A program made the translations under genes and the position numbers. DNA of 63,915 bases, counting the filler, from Licmophora abbreviata (taxonomy: Eukaryota), in the NCBI GenBank assembly GCA_900291995.1. It is 8 parts of 8 records of this genome, joined end to end, with 100 filler letters (N's around TTAATTAATTAA, not from the genome) between each part and the next. Parts side by side here need not be neighbours in the genome. Positions count along the whole stretch, not along the records: positions 1 to 31,279 come from OLMU01000063.1; 7 more parts are not named here. One strand, written 5' to 3'. This document shows, in pieces, positions 13,375 through 23,737 of the stretch. The notes beneath the pieces are model-generated. The model did no database searches, was not told the origin of the DNA, and was given only the letters and a program-made list of their open reading frames with translations. The number at the start of each line of letters is the position of its first letter. Position 1 is the stretch's first letter.

Positions 13375-14490
13375 ATGATCATTTCCCGCCGATTGGCTCA
13401 AAAGAAACCATCCACTGGTCCCGCGAGCTACGCCGTGTACCGTTGGTTCTCTACGGCCCCTTCTCTCACGCCAGAAGCTGAACGCCGCGTCGAGACGCGT
13501 GAGCCCAATTCTGGGAATACCCCGAGTACTGCAACAACGTCTCTCCCATGCATTAGAAACGTCTCCTCCAGGCAACATCTTGTCCCTCGCCGCCCGACTG
13601 TTCGGAATTTGAAACCAAGTGAACCGTCTCCTCGACCCGTACAAAGTCCACCGAGGGCTCATGGTCTAGATCCGCCACACGGACAACGTCGCGAGATCAT
13701 CAAAAGGTTAAAGAAAGTGAGCAGGCCACCGAAAAGACCTATTTTCAAGTCGAAATCGCATGTCATGCCCAACCCTGAACAGAAAGCAGCAGGCGCAAAA
13801 GCACTTGCCATTTCAAGGAAGATGAGCCTTCCTACAAGTGCGTGGGTTGAGATATCGGGGATTCCTCCACTCTCCACGCTTGATGATATGTTGCGGAGTC
13901 TCGAAAACGCTCTCAACAGTGAGTACGAACGTGGTATAGTAGATCTGGATGCTCCGTTAGACCCGGAATCCAAGGACGAGCCTTTGCTGCAGCTAGACCT
14001 CTCTTCGACTGACTGGGTGCAGTCGGCACAGCTGTTGCTCGCCTCCGACTACCGACCAAGAGGCTGGCGCATTCAGTTCCTTAATCGGTCCATTGTTCAA
14101 GCTCTTGTGCAGTATCATCGAAAGGCTGGGCTGAAGTGTGCCTGGAAACCTGTCACAATAACGCTGGGGAGCAAGAACGGTCGGAAGAACAATAAGCAAG
14201 ATGCGAACCTGCCCTTTCCTGTGTCCGATTCCATGATTCGCGTTGACAATTGCCAAGAAGACATGACATTGGATCACGTGCGACACCTGTTCCGTCGTTT
14301 CGATTTGACCTTCGACGGAACAACCGTCATGGAGCACACGTACGTCGTGGACGGGTCGCCGGAGAAGATCTTCGTGGTCAATTTTCAGGATCCGTCCTGG
14401 GCCAGGGCTGCCGTGCGAGAGCAACAAGGGGTTCTCGTGGGCTTGAGGAATATACGGCTGATTCAATTTCCACGGCAGATTCTTTCGTAA
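13375..14490 (+). CDS. Hypothetical protein with two degenerate RRM-like domains, probably mitochondrion-targeted
   Basis: Intronless 371-aa ORF with an Arg-rich, acid-poor N-terminus (MIISRRLAQKK...YRWFST). RRM-like segments WVEISGIPPLSTLDDM and IRVDNCQEDMTLDHVRHLF...FVVNFQDPSWARAAVRE. Confidence 0.6.
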   Translation: MIISRRLAQKKPSTGPASYAVYRWFSTAPSLTPEAERRVETREPNSGNTPSTATTSLPCIRNVSSRQHLVPRRPTVRNLKPSEPSPRPVQSPPRAHGLDPPHGQRREIIKRLKKVSRPPKRPIFKSKSHVMPNPEQKAAGAKALAISRKMSLPTSAWVEISGIPPLSTLDDMLRSLENALNSEYERGIVDLDAPLDPESKDEPLLQLDLSSTDWVQSAQLLLASDYRPRGWRIQFLNRSIVQALVQYHRKAGLKCAWKPVTITLGSKNGRKNNKQDANLPFPVSDSMIRVDNCQEDMTLDHVRHLFRRFDLTFDGTTVMEHTYVVDGSPEKIFVVNFQDPSWARAAVREQQGVLVGLRNIRLIQFPRQILS

Positions 14491-14640
14491 GAAATGCGCA
14501 AGTGCGATATGAAAGAGCAACGAATGTGCCGATGTGCAGATTTCGACACGGACTGAAAAGAATCTCTTGATGGCATACAACATGAGAAAGTCGAATCTTA
14601 CCAGCTGAACTATAATAAATTGCATGCAATCTACTTGTCA

Positions 14641-16302
14641 CTATTTGTAGCTTGGAACATAAACTCCGGAGCTCACAGCGATCTCCGGTTCCGCGGTTGG
14701 CGCCGTCTGTTGCGATGATGCTGCAGGTGAGTCCATAGCTTGCGAAAACGGAGTGCTGCTAGCCGCTGGCTGAGAAGGCGCATACGTTGGAGACACTGAT
14801 GGCGGAGGCGCATCCAGCGCTTGCGAAAACGGAACGCTGCCTGTCGCTGGCTGGGAAGACGAATACGTTGGGGCCGATGGTTGACCATAAGGCGATCCAT
14901 ACTGTTGCTGCGATTGTCCATATGTCGAAGGCTGTGGTGGCGGATGCTGCTCTTCCTGTTCCTGTTGTTCCTGTTTCTTCTTGCGTGCTCTGATGCATAA
15001 AAACACGATGGCAGCCAGCGACACAGCGACGAGTGGAACAGCAATAGCAGGACGATAAAAGCACCAAGCCAACGCAATGACAAACAAGCTGATTGGCAGT
15101 GCGATCAAAAGTGCAATCGTCGGAAATATGCATTTCTCCATCCCTCCTTGCATACAATCTCCGACGAATGGAATAATGTCAACCGCGGTCGCCATAGGCT
15201 GCAGAATCAACAAAATCGATATCACCATGATTGCAAAGCCGACAAACCGAAGAATCCATGTGAGGCTCTCGTTGTCCTTCTCGGCCTGCACAAAGAGTTC
15301 TTCGGAACTATAGACGCCGCGCTGCATCAATAGGAGTTCTCCCCCGCGACTGGTGATGAATGGAATCAGCCGGCCCTGCCTATAGAGTGCAATGATGCTG
15401 ATGGTATCTGGCGCCACGGCGTAAAAGGCAATACGTGTATCACCCACCTGAGGTGCTTGGTTGGTGCCGTTTCCATAGTACAAGCCGTTACTGGTATAAG
15501 TTGTCACTTGCAGACGAAGCTGCGAGTCAGGGATGTTGGCTGTAGAAATGTCATTCAAGGGCTCGTACCAATCGATCAAATTTGTAACCCGAGTCGATAG
15601 AACTATGAAATTGCCAAGTAGAATGGGGTCCGCCACCAGACTCAACGATTCAAACGGCAGAGCGGCTGGATTCTGAGTTCCGTCATTTTGTCGTTGAAAG
15701 GCGTTGGAGTTGATGAGAGAACGGGACCAGACACGTTCGTAGGAATATGTGGTTTCGGTGCGCGTTCCACCACCGCTCGTCTTGACTTGGCGACTCTGGC
15801 TCCGCTCTGTCCACTGATACATTTCGACGGATCGTTGGAGTCGTAGTGCTTCTCCTTCTCCGACCGAGACATTGAAAATGGGATCTGACAGACTGGAATT
15901 GGTCGTGAGCGACCCAGTAATGTAAATCAACTTGCTTTCGTAATTTTCCGCCGCGACCACAGAGTCGTTCCGAAAAGTGGAAAGGTCGACTTCGACGACG
16001 TTCTCACGTCCCTCGTCAATATCCTTGTATCGTGCGACAGCTCTTCCTTCGTTGTAGAACAATAGTCCAATGCTGCCCGCAAACAACAGCATGCCAACAA
16101 CGACACCGGTACACGCATTCTTCAGCTTACTCCCGTACGACTGATAGCTGGATTCAGTGAATTCAAAGTCGCGACTCTTGTCTTCACCGTCTTTGACAGG
16201 ATCTGTCCCGTCGACGACATCAGTGATCGATGATGTAGGTCCAGCAGCAGCGGATGGCGACAAAACTTGCTCGTCGACGCTTCCTTCTTCGACGTCAGAC
16301 AT
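14641..16302 (-). CDS. TMEM43: TMEM43 (DUF1625) family membrane protein
   Basis: Motifs LFYNEGRAV, LRLQRSVEMYQW, PQVGDTRIAF, LTWILRFVG and ALAWCFYRP. One N-terminal and about three C-terminal TM segments; Q/P/S-rich tail. Confidence 0.85.
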   Translation of the reverse strand: MSDVEEGSVDEQVLSPSAAAGPTSSITDVVDGTDPVKDGEDKSRDFEFTESSYQSYGSKLKNACTGVVVGMLLFAGSIGLLFYNEGRAVARYKDIDEGRENVVEVDLSTFRNDSVVAAENYESKLIYITGSLTTNSSLSDPIFNVSVGEGEALRLQRSVEMYQWTERSQSRQVKTSGGGTRTETTYSYERVWSRSLINSNAFQRQNDGTQNPAALPFESLSLVADPILLGNFIVLSTRVTNLIDWYEPLNDISTANIPDSQLRLQVTTYTSNGLYYGNGTNQAPQVGDTRIAFYAVAPDTISIIALYRQGRLIPFITSRGGELLLMQRGVYSSEELFVQAEKDNESLTWILRFVGFAIMVISILLILQPMATAVDIIPFVGDCMQGGMEKCIFPTIALLIALPISLFVIALAWCFYRPAIAVPLVAVSLAAIVFLCIRARKKKQEQQEQEEQHPPPQPSTYGQSQQQYGSPYGQPSAPTYSSSQPATGSVPFSQALDAPPPSVSPTYAPSQPAASSTPFSQAMDSPAASSQQTAPTAEPEIAVSSGVYVPSYK

Positions 16303-16781
16303 GATTTCTTCTAAAGCTTTCAGTTCTCAAACCGAAGAGCTCTCATAATCGCGTTGCCTGAGAATGAAACTGTGAAGGCGGAATCAATCACTTGATGATT
16401 GCAGAAACGGGACTGTGGATACCGTGGGCAGTCGGCGACACAGGCGTCATGGATTGACGAAAAGGGTGCGATCCTGTCGCGGGCGGTCCGGCGCAGACGG
16501 CCCTGCGCGGTACTTTACTATATGTAATAATCTGTAACGTGGTTACACATTTATACATATGTACATTAAATCGGATAACATCTGTATTTACGTTTCTGAA
16601 CGAGGATTGACATCAAGCAATCACGGGATGGGCGAGAGATCGGCGACGAATCTCGTCACGTCAACTTTGAAACGGATGTTTCGAGTCTCGACCGAAGCGC
16701 TGCGTGATGAGATATGGCTTGGTCCATTCAAATGCCATTACTATCTTCCAAGAGACACATTCATGTTCACACAATGAAGTC

Positions 16782-18161
16782 ATGGCGACGCACAGATTGA
16801 CTGTTTTATGTGTTTTGTCGGCTGTTTTTGTTTGTTCGACTCCTCGAATCATCAGGGTTGATGCCTTTACCATCGCCACAGGCCCAGCAATAAAACGACG
16901 CTCTACTGGTAGTACACGTAATGCAGGAGCAGGATTCACCAGCAGTGAAGGCTACATTTCTGATGATGATACGATCCGTTCCATGCTGTGGAGGATGACA
17001 CGCTACTTCTTTTCCATGGTTGATGATGACACGTCTTCCGCCCGCTTCTACTCAATTTCGCGTCCTCAATCGGGTGAACGTATACATGTTCACTGTCCGA
17101 TACGAGACTTGGCGGCAGCTTGGGATACCACAACGGCGTTGCTATTTTGGGCTGAACATCATCGTCATCATGAGTGGTTAGATATTCACACAGCTGCCGA
17201 TCAGAAGTCCTTTGACAATCATCAGAAACGACTTCAAGAAGCAGTGTTAAGCACCATTCAAGCTTACAACGCTTCCTACGTACAGATCGGCGAAAATAGG
17301 GGCGGTGTCGCTCTGAATTCTGAGGTTTTACTGGAGACATCCAATGTAGCGCACTCCGCGTTGTGTATGTTAGCTTCAGCTGGCGCGATACGTTTGTCGT
17401 TGTTATCGTACGACACGATCCCACCAATGGACGCCCTGACTCGAGGCATTCTATCCAGGCAGCGCCACGACGGTGCATTTCAGATTGAATTCTTTGGAAG
17501 CGACGATGTGTATAAGGGGATTGAATTCTACCCTGGAGAAGCCATGGTTGCCTTGCTGGAGGTATTTCATCTGAGCGGAGACAGAATTCTATCGTCTTCG
17601 ACAAGACAGGCGATTCTTCCTGCAATGAAATGCGCTTTCCGATTCTACGTCGATCTGTTTCATCAAGGAAATATGGATGTGAACTATAACATCTGGCAAG
17701 TACAGGCCTTTGCAAGACTGTTTCATGCGCTGGAAATCAGCAACGAAAATGATCAAACTACGAGAGAGCAGGTTGCGGACTACGTCCTTTCATTGTGCCA
17801 AGGTATCGTCGAATCGATCTCGTGGAAGGAACTTGCCAGGGGCCGAAGTTTTTACCCCAACCTAGAGACGGTAGAGATTGCATGTGGTTTGGATGCTATT
17901 GCTCAAGGAATTCATGTAGCATTGCAACTATCCCGAGACGTGGAGGCAGAGTTGTTGTGGACTCACGCAACAAATGCCGTGTACTTTTTGCAAGCAATGC
18001 AAGATCAGGTGCCTTTCGAGGCAGCCATCGGAGGTGGAGGACTCGGCTATGGTGGCGTTCGGGTTCTTGAGCAGAGATTAGATGTTACAGGGCATGCCAT
18101 GAGTGCGTTGATCAAGCTAGTTCATGTGAAGAACGAGAGGAATGGTCTTGACGCAAAATAG
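16782..18161 (+). CDS. Hypothetical helical (alpha/alpha-toroid-like) protein with a predicted bipartite plastid presequence
   Basis: Intronless ORF. Likely start MATHRLTVLCVLSAVFVC...VDA|FT (signal peptide plus F at +1). Motifs RQRHDGAF, EFYPGEAMVALL and RLDVTGHA resemble bacterial six-hairpin-like proteins. Confidence 0.6.
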   Translation: MATHRLTVLCVLSAVFVCSTPRIIRVDAFTIATGPAIKRRSTGSTRNAGAGFTSSEGYISDDDTIRSMLWRMTRYFFSMVDDDTSSARFYSISRPQSGERIHVHCPIRDLAAAWDTTTALLFWAEHHRHHEWLDIHTAADQKSFDNHQKRLQEAVLSTIQAYNASYVQIGENRGGVALNSEVLLETSNVAHSALCMLASAGAIRLSLLSYDTIPPMDALTRGILSRQRHDGAFQIEFFGSDDVYKGIEFYPGEAMVALLEVFHLSGDRILSSSTRQAILPAMKCAFRFYVDLFHQGNMDVNYNIWQVQAFARLFHALEISNENDQTTREQVADYVLSLCQGIVESISWKELARGRSFYPNLETVEIACGLDAIAQGIHVALQLSRDVEAELLWTHATNAVYFLQAMQDQVPFEAAIGGGGLGYGGVRVLEQRLDVTGHAMSALIKLVHVKNERNGLDAK

Positions 18162-18310
18162 ATATGTTCAGATCCATCGTCTATCAACAACAAAATTGCT
18201 ACGGCTTTTGTGATTCGTTCGTAAGATCGCGTGGGTCTTGTCCGGCGACGTCACGACAGTCCATCGCCCTAAGTTGCCCCGCGCTACTGGTACCACTGAT
18301 CGAGAATAGA

Positions 18311-19198
18311 TCACGGCTGGATCAGAATAGCTGTTCGCCTATCCGTTTTCCCCGACTTCTTGTTTCTCACGCTTGAGAAAGTATAGCGGAGCTTCTTGTG
18401 CAGTCTCGCGACCTCTCCATTCGAACGTATCAGCTCTTCTTTCAGTTTCTTCTTCCCTGCCCTCAATCGAGCAAGCTCGTCCTTTGACTCTCGAAGCTCA
18501 TTTGTTCGATTTTGTAGCTTCTTTCGAAGCTTGTTCTTCGTCTGCTCTTTCGAGGCGACCGATCTAGCCAGATTTTCCTGCATCGTTCTCCACGTCATCT
18601 GCAGCTCACCATTTTTACCATCGACCTCTTTGAGCTTGTGCTCGAGGTGACGCTTTCCCTCTTCGGCAATGGACAGTTGACTGCGGACCTCAAAGCTGTC
18701 GAGCAAGAATTCCCAGTTCTCTTCTTCGACCACCTCCAGTTCCTTGGTAAGCAGCTTCTTTTCTCGTTTCATTCGAGAATACCGATCTTTCAGATGATCG
18801 TATTTTGGAAGGATCCGAAACAACAAGTCACTCTGGTCGTCGGACAGAGTTCTGAGGTCTCGGAGTCGCCTCTGAAGAAGTAAATTCTCAGTTCGAGCCT
18901 TGACCATGGCCTGTTCCATGTGCTCCGTCGACGGAGATATGTTCGAATGACGCTGCTGGGAGACTGTCAAGTACACCTTGTGAAACTTCTTCACTCTGCG
19001 CTTGCAAACGGGACAAGGAACTTTGCAGCGGCCATCAGAATGCCGTTCGTCCACGGCAGCTTCGTCATCAGCATGACGAGCCTCGACTCCTTCCTTCCAG
19101 CGTCGGAAGCACTGCACATGAAAGCAATGTCCGCATGGAACAGCAACCCCAAGGTTAGTGCTCATCTCATCAAGGCAAATGGCACACTTGTCCGTCAT
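18311..19198 (-). CDS. RING-H2 zinc finger + coiled-coil protein (putative E3 ligase, TRAIP-like layout)
   Basis: CAIC...PCGHCFHVQC...CPVC (C3H2C3) at the N-terminus, followed by about 170 aa of coiled coil. ATG at 19198. Confidence 0.85.
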   Translation of the reverse strand: MTDKCAICLDEMSTNLGVAVPCGHCFHVQCFRRWKEGVEARHADDEAAVDERHSDGRCKVPCPVCKRRVKKFHKVYLTVSQQRHSNISPSTEHMEQAMVKARTENLLLQRRLRDLRTLSDDQSDLLFRILPKYDHLKDRYSRMKREKKLLTKELEVVEEENWEFLLDSFEVRSQLSIAEEGKRHLEHKLKEVDGKNGELQMTWRTMQENLARSVASKEQTKNKLRKKLQNRTNELRESKDELARLRAGKKKLKEELIRSNGEVARLHKKLRYTFSSVRNKKSGKTDRRTAILIQP

Positions 19199-19695
19199 TG
19201 TAGCTGTCAATCAAACGGTTCCGTCGGGTTGAAGCAAAATCCATGCACAGTGCATGTCAAATTCGAAAATAATGATGGCGCGGGAAGAATGTTTTGCAAC
19301 GTCATCGGAGTCGTCGCGGCCGGTCTCGCGGCGAAAAGACGGCGCGCAGACGTTCAATTCCAGCTCGGACCATCAGATGGACACGGGACATCCGTGATTG
19401 AGACATCGTGAAAGTCTTCCCACGACGTTTGCATAGAAAAGGATTTATATTGGCGCAAGACGTCCGAAGCGCCAATTGGTCGTACCTTTGGACAGAAAAA
19501 GACCTTGGGCTTTTCAAACTCGGTCATACAAAGTCATAGGGCGTAATACATGCGAATCTACTTATTGAGAATGCCTTTCTAGTCATAGTTTTGGGCCCAA
19601 CGCTTATACGATTACGTATGTCATGTAAATGTCCTGATGTTCCCGACCATCACCAAATCTGCCTACACAATCATTAAAAAAACTGAACTGTTACC

Positions 19696-20901
19696 ATGGT
19701 GGTGAAGAAGCGGGGTTTCCCGCTGAGCTTTGACGGCAATGACAGCCGATACATACTTCCAATAACCCAGGACATGGGAAGCAGCGACAGAAAAGAGGAA
19801 AGGAGACAACATCGTCCATTGCACGAGGAAGGTGAAACTATTGAGGCGGATTTGGCCTCTTGGCCATCCAGAAACATATTGGGGAGGGGGCAAAGGGTCA
19901 ATGAGCCAGTGCTACCAACATTTTCATCGCACGGAAACCCACAGTCAGCAGATACCTCGCCTGTATACCAAAGAAGAACTATCGTGTTTACTGCCAAGAA
20001 ACGAAAATCAAGTCTTCATACCGTTTTGTGGCTCGCCTTTGTAATCAGTGGGCTCATTATGTATGCGAATGCTCGAACAGAGCTTCGCGTTGTCCTAGAA
20101 GAGGCCGCTGAGATGGATGGAAACAAAGAGACTATTGGTGTAGGCTGCACTAGCCATGAATTCGACACACGAGGGTTGGAGCGAGAGGTGTACAAGCTAG
20201 AAACTGTTCACTGGCGACGACTCGATGAGGTTGCGGAACTCCATGCTCGTGAGACCGCCAATTCCTTTCAGGCTCAGACATCAGCCGAGAAAGAAATCCT
20301 TGATCTGCAAAATAGAGTAAGAAATGAGAACGAGAGTGCTGATACTCTTCGGAAACACGTCCAACGCATCTCGCGCGATAGCATCCTATCAAAGTACGGA
20401 CCAGGCCCGCACAGAGTCGAGTTTACAGTCGATTTTGGTGAAGGCGACATCGGAACTTTTGTGGCAGAGATGGCTCCGCACGGCTTGATGCCCCATTCAG
20501 TGCAATCTTTCCTTGATATGGTTGCAGCAAAGCTTTGGGACTCTACATCTTTCATCGCCAACGAAGACACCTTGATCAAGGCCGCACCCGTCACCTACGA
20601 GGACGGTACTGCCGACGTTGACAAGCTCGAAGAATTCACCAAGCTCGGCTTGGAACACCTGGCCTTCACAGAGACCAGCTCTAAATATACTCACAAGAAG
20701 TACACATTGGGCTTCACTGGTGGGGAAACTCCAAGCTGGTTCATCAACACCGCTGACAATACGAAGACAAGGAAAGAACAACCTTGCTTCGCTACGATTG
20801 TTGACGGATTGGACACAGTCAAGAAGATCGAACAGAGCCAAACATACTCCGGTCACTGGCTACTGAAGCGAATCGGAATCAAGTACGCTAGAATATTATA
20901 G
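19696..20901 (+). CDS. Type II membrane protein with coiled coil and a degenerate cyclophilin-like domain
   Basis: TM segment VLWLAFVISGLIMYA, then a coiled coil, then GPGPHRVEF...EMAPHGLMPHSVQSFLDMV...HKKYTLGF...WFINTADN...PCFATIVDGLDTV (cyclophilin-fold pattern). Confidence 0.7.
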   Translation: MVVKKRGFPLSFDGNDSRYILPITQDMGSSDRKEERRQHRPLHEEGETIEADLASWPSRNILGRGQRVNEPVLPTFSSHGNPQSADTSPVYQRRTIVFTAKKRKSSLHTVLWLAFVISGLIMYANARTELRVVLEEAAEMDGNKETIGVGCTSHEFDTRGLEREVYKLETVHWRRLDEVAELHARETANSFQAQTSAEKEILDLQNRVRNENESADTLRKHVQRISRDSILSKYGPGPHRVEFTVDFGEGDIGTFVAEMAPHGLMPHSVQSFLDMVAAKLWDSTSFIANEDTLIKAAPVTYEDGTADVDKLEEFTKLGLEHLAFTETSSKYTHKKYTLGFTGGETPSWFINTADNTKTRKEQPCFATIVDGLDTVKKIEQSQTYSGHWLLKRIGIKYARIL

Positions 20902-21234
20902 ACGTGATGTCTCTTCCTCTAACACACAACATAGGATTACAATACCACAGCCACGATCACATCTACTAGTAGTACAAGAGCTACCTAGCAGCTGCTATTT
21001 TCCTTCACGCTTACTTATGTTAGACGACGTCATGTTCCTTACAGGAGGGACCACATTCTCGTTCCTGACTGATGAACAGGCATTTGCTTACAATGAAGCG
21101 TAGGCACAGCCCTATGCACTGCTCGTGAATGAACTTCGACGACGGCTACGCATCAACAAAGTCTTCGGGCTTCGGTCACTCGCCTGGCGTGCGTGCGACG
21201 GTTGGTTTTCAGCCAGTTTGGTGGACTCAAAGCA

Positions 21235-21250
21235 ACGTCATGCCACGTCA
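21235..21250. promoter_or_regulatory. Tandem ACGTCA (TGACGT) bZIP/aureochrome-type elements upstream of chlP
   Basis: ACGTCA at 21235-21240 and 21245-21250 (10-bp period), with a third at 21027-21032. The pair lies about 235-250 bp upstream of the chlP ATG. Confidence 0.4.
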
Positions 21251-21483
21251 TCAAAAACATTTGTAGTCGAAGGAGTCTTCAAAGTTGAGGTTTATGCTGG
21301 AATTTGGTACAAAGTCCACGCAGGATCTTCGCATGTAGGGTCTCTAAGAGAATAAACGTAAAATGATTGGGTTATGAGCGTTGTTGAAGTCTGAAAGCGA
21401 AGAAGAAAGATCGGAGGCTTGGATTTCGTTCTGCTTGGATCACAGTTTGTTTCGCAGTGCAGCAACATCAAGATACAACCAAG

Positions 21484-23245
21484 ATGAAGTTCTCCATCCT
21501 CGCGATTGCCGGCATGGCCTCTACGGTCGCGGCCTTCACGCCGTCCAGCTTCACTTCAACCACCCCGGTTGCACACCGTGCTGTTCAGTCGTCCAGCGCG
21601 CTCTGCATGAAGTACAAGGTCGCCGTCGTCGGAGGCGGACCTTCGGGAGCCTGCGCTGCCGAGATCTTCGCCCAGGAGAAGGGCATCGATACGGTTCTTT
21701 TTGAGCGCAAGCTCGACAACGCCAAGCCTTGTGGAGGAGCTATTCCTCTCTGCATGGTTGGCGAATTCGACCTCCCTGAGAGCGTTGTGGATCGTAAGGT
21801 ATGTTGTTCTTTGTTCTTGAACTTTGGTGTTGTGACCCTGAGTGAAGGCGTTGCGCTAGATAGAGTACACTGGAGATTACTGGATAAACGAGTGAAAGGA
21901 ATTGAAGCGCTCAAGGCTTTTCCACAGGAGCCGAATGCAAAATCACCAAGATCTTCATGGTCTGCCGTGCCTGCTTACACGGGGATGTCGATCAAGTTGA
22001 AGTCTGGAAATTTAGCCAGTATATTTTCTACAGCATGTTCACGTAGGCAAAAAAGCAAATCTTTTTCAGCTTCTCTTTTCGCGGCAACAAGCTGTGTGGT
22101 GGGTTCTTTTTCTTCGCGCATGTAATACTCATCCACCATGTTTTCTTCCTTTACAGGTTCGCAAGATGAACCTCATCTCCCCCACCGGTGTGGAGGTGAA
22201 TATTGGAGACACCCTTCAGCCCGATGAGTACATTGGTATGTGCCGTCGTGAGATCCTCGACAAGTACCTTCGCGACCGCGCCTTCGAGTACGGAGCCGAG
22301 TGTGTGAACGGCCTTGTCACCGCCATCGATGTCCCCGAGGACCACAAGACCTCGGAGAGCCGCTACACCATCAGCTATCAGGAGTACCAGGAGGGATCCA
22401 GTGCTGGTGTGCCCAAGTCTATGGAGGTCGACCTCATTGTCGGGGCCGATGGCGCCAACTCCCGCGTCGCCAAGGCTATGGATGCTGGAGAGTACAACTT
22501 TGCTATCGCGTTCCAAGAGCGCATCAAGATCTCCGATGAAAAGATGGAGTTCTACGAAGAAATGGCTGAGATGTACGTTGGAGACGACGTCTCCCCCGAT
22601 TTCTACGGGTGGGTCTTCCCCAAGTACGACCACGTCGGTGTCGGAACTGGAACTGTCTTGAATCGCCCTGCCATCAAGCAATACCAGAAGGCAATTCGCG
22701 ACCGTGCCGGAGACAAGATCGCTGGAGGAAAGATCATCAAGGTTGAGGCTCATCCCATTCCAGAACACTACCGCCCCCGCCGCGTCCAGGGACGCATGGC
22801 CCTTGTTGGAGATGCTGCTGGATACGTGACAAAGTGCTCTGGAGAAGGAATCTACTTTGCTGCCAAGTCCGGACGTATGGCTGCTGAGGAAATTGTGCAG
22901 CTCATGGATGGCGGAAAGAGACTCCCCACTCAGTCCGATATTGAGAACACCTACTTGAAGAAGTACGACAAGGCCTATGGTCCCACTTACTTTGTCCTTG
23001 ACGCACTGCAAAAGGTCTTCTACTCCAACAACGGAGCTCGCGAGGCTTTCGTTGAGCTGTGCAACTCCAAGTACGTGCAGCAAGTGACCTTCGACTCATA
23101 CCTTTACAAGAGGGTGCAGGGTAACAACCCACTTGATGACTTGAAGCTTCTTGGGGAGACTATTGGGTGCTTGATCAAGGGGTACTCGAAGGCCAAGCCC
23201 GATGCAGAGTTCTCGAACCCGGTCGAGAGCCAGAAGCGCCTCTAA
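21484..23245 (+). CDS. chlP: Geranylgeranyl diphosphate reductase, plastid-targeted
   Basis: Presequence MKFSILAIAGMASTVAA|FTP. Motifs VAVVGGGPSG, ERKLDNAKPCGGAIP, VGADGANS, ALVGDAAGYVTKCSGEGIYFAAKSG. Single intron 21799-22156. Strong C-ending codon bias. Confidence 0.97.
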
Positions 23246-23737
23246 ATAGACACAAAGAGCAAACGAACACTTTGTGAACAAGACGTCGCCTTGTGCCTCG
23301 TTCTTCTGCTACTTGGAAGGTGAGATTCTCATTGTAAACTAACGTCTTTCATGGCATACGCATTGGATTTCCACCCTCGTACGACTTTATAGACACCATA
23401 CTAGTACAAAGTGATCGCCCAGTATTGAGACAACAATGGTCATCCACGTAGCTTGTATGACTTACTCTCCGTCAGTCAGAGGGCTGTTGTCGCCATAGCA
23501 GGCATGAGCGATGTCTCCATCAACTAACTGGAGCGAACCGTAACGGGAGGCTCCGAGTAGCAGCTAACAGTATTCGCTAGCGAAGAATCACCATCTCCGG
23601 TACGCCACATGCTTATCATTTCGTCAGTTCTTTTTTATAGAGTTTACAGATTATCATTCGTCTATACTATAAGCACAGCCACTTGCGCCACGAAAAGCGC
23701 TCGGCGATAGGAGCGAGCAGTCGTCGTCTCCCTTCCC

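Noticed and set aside
22151..23083. 310-aa antisense ORF inside chlP
   Set aside because: It is in mirror frame to a strongly codon-biased gene that avoids TTA/CTA/TCA, and has no recognisable motifs.
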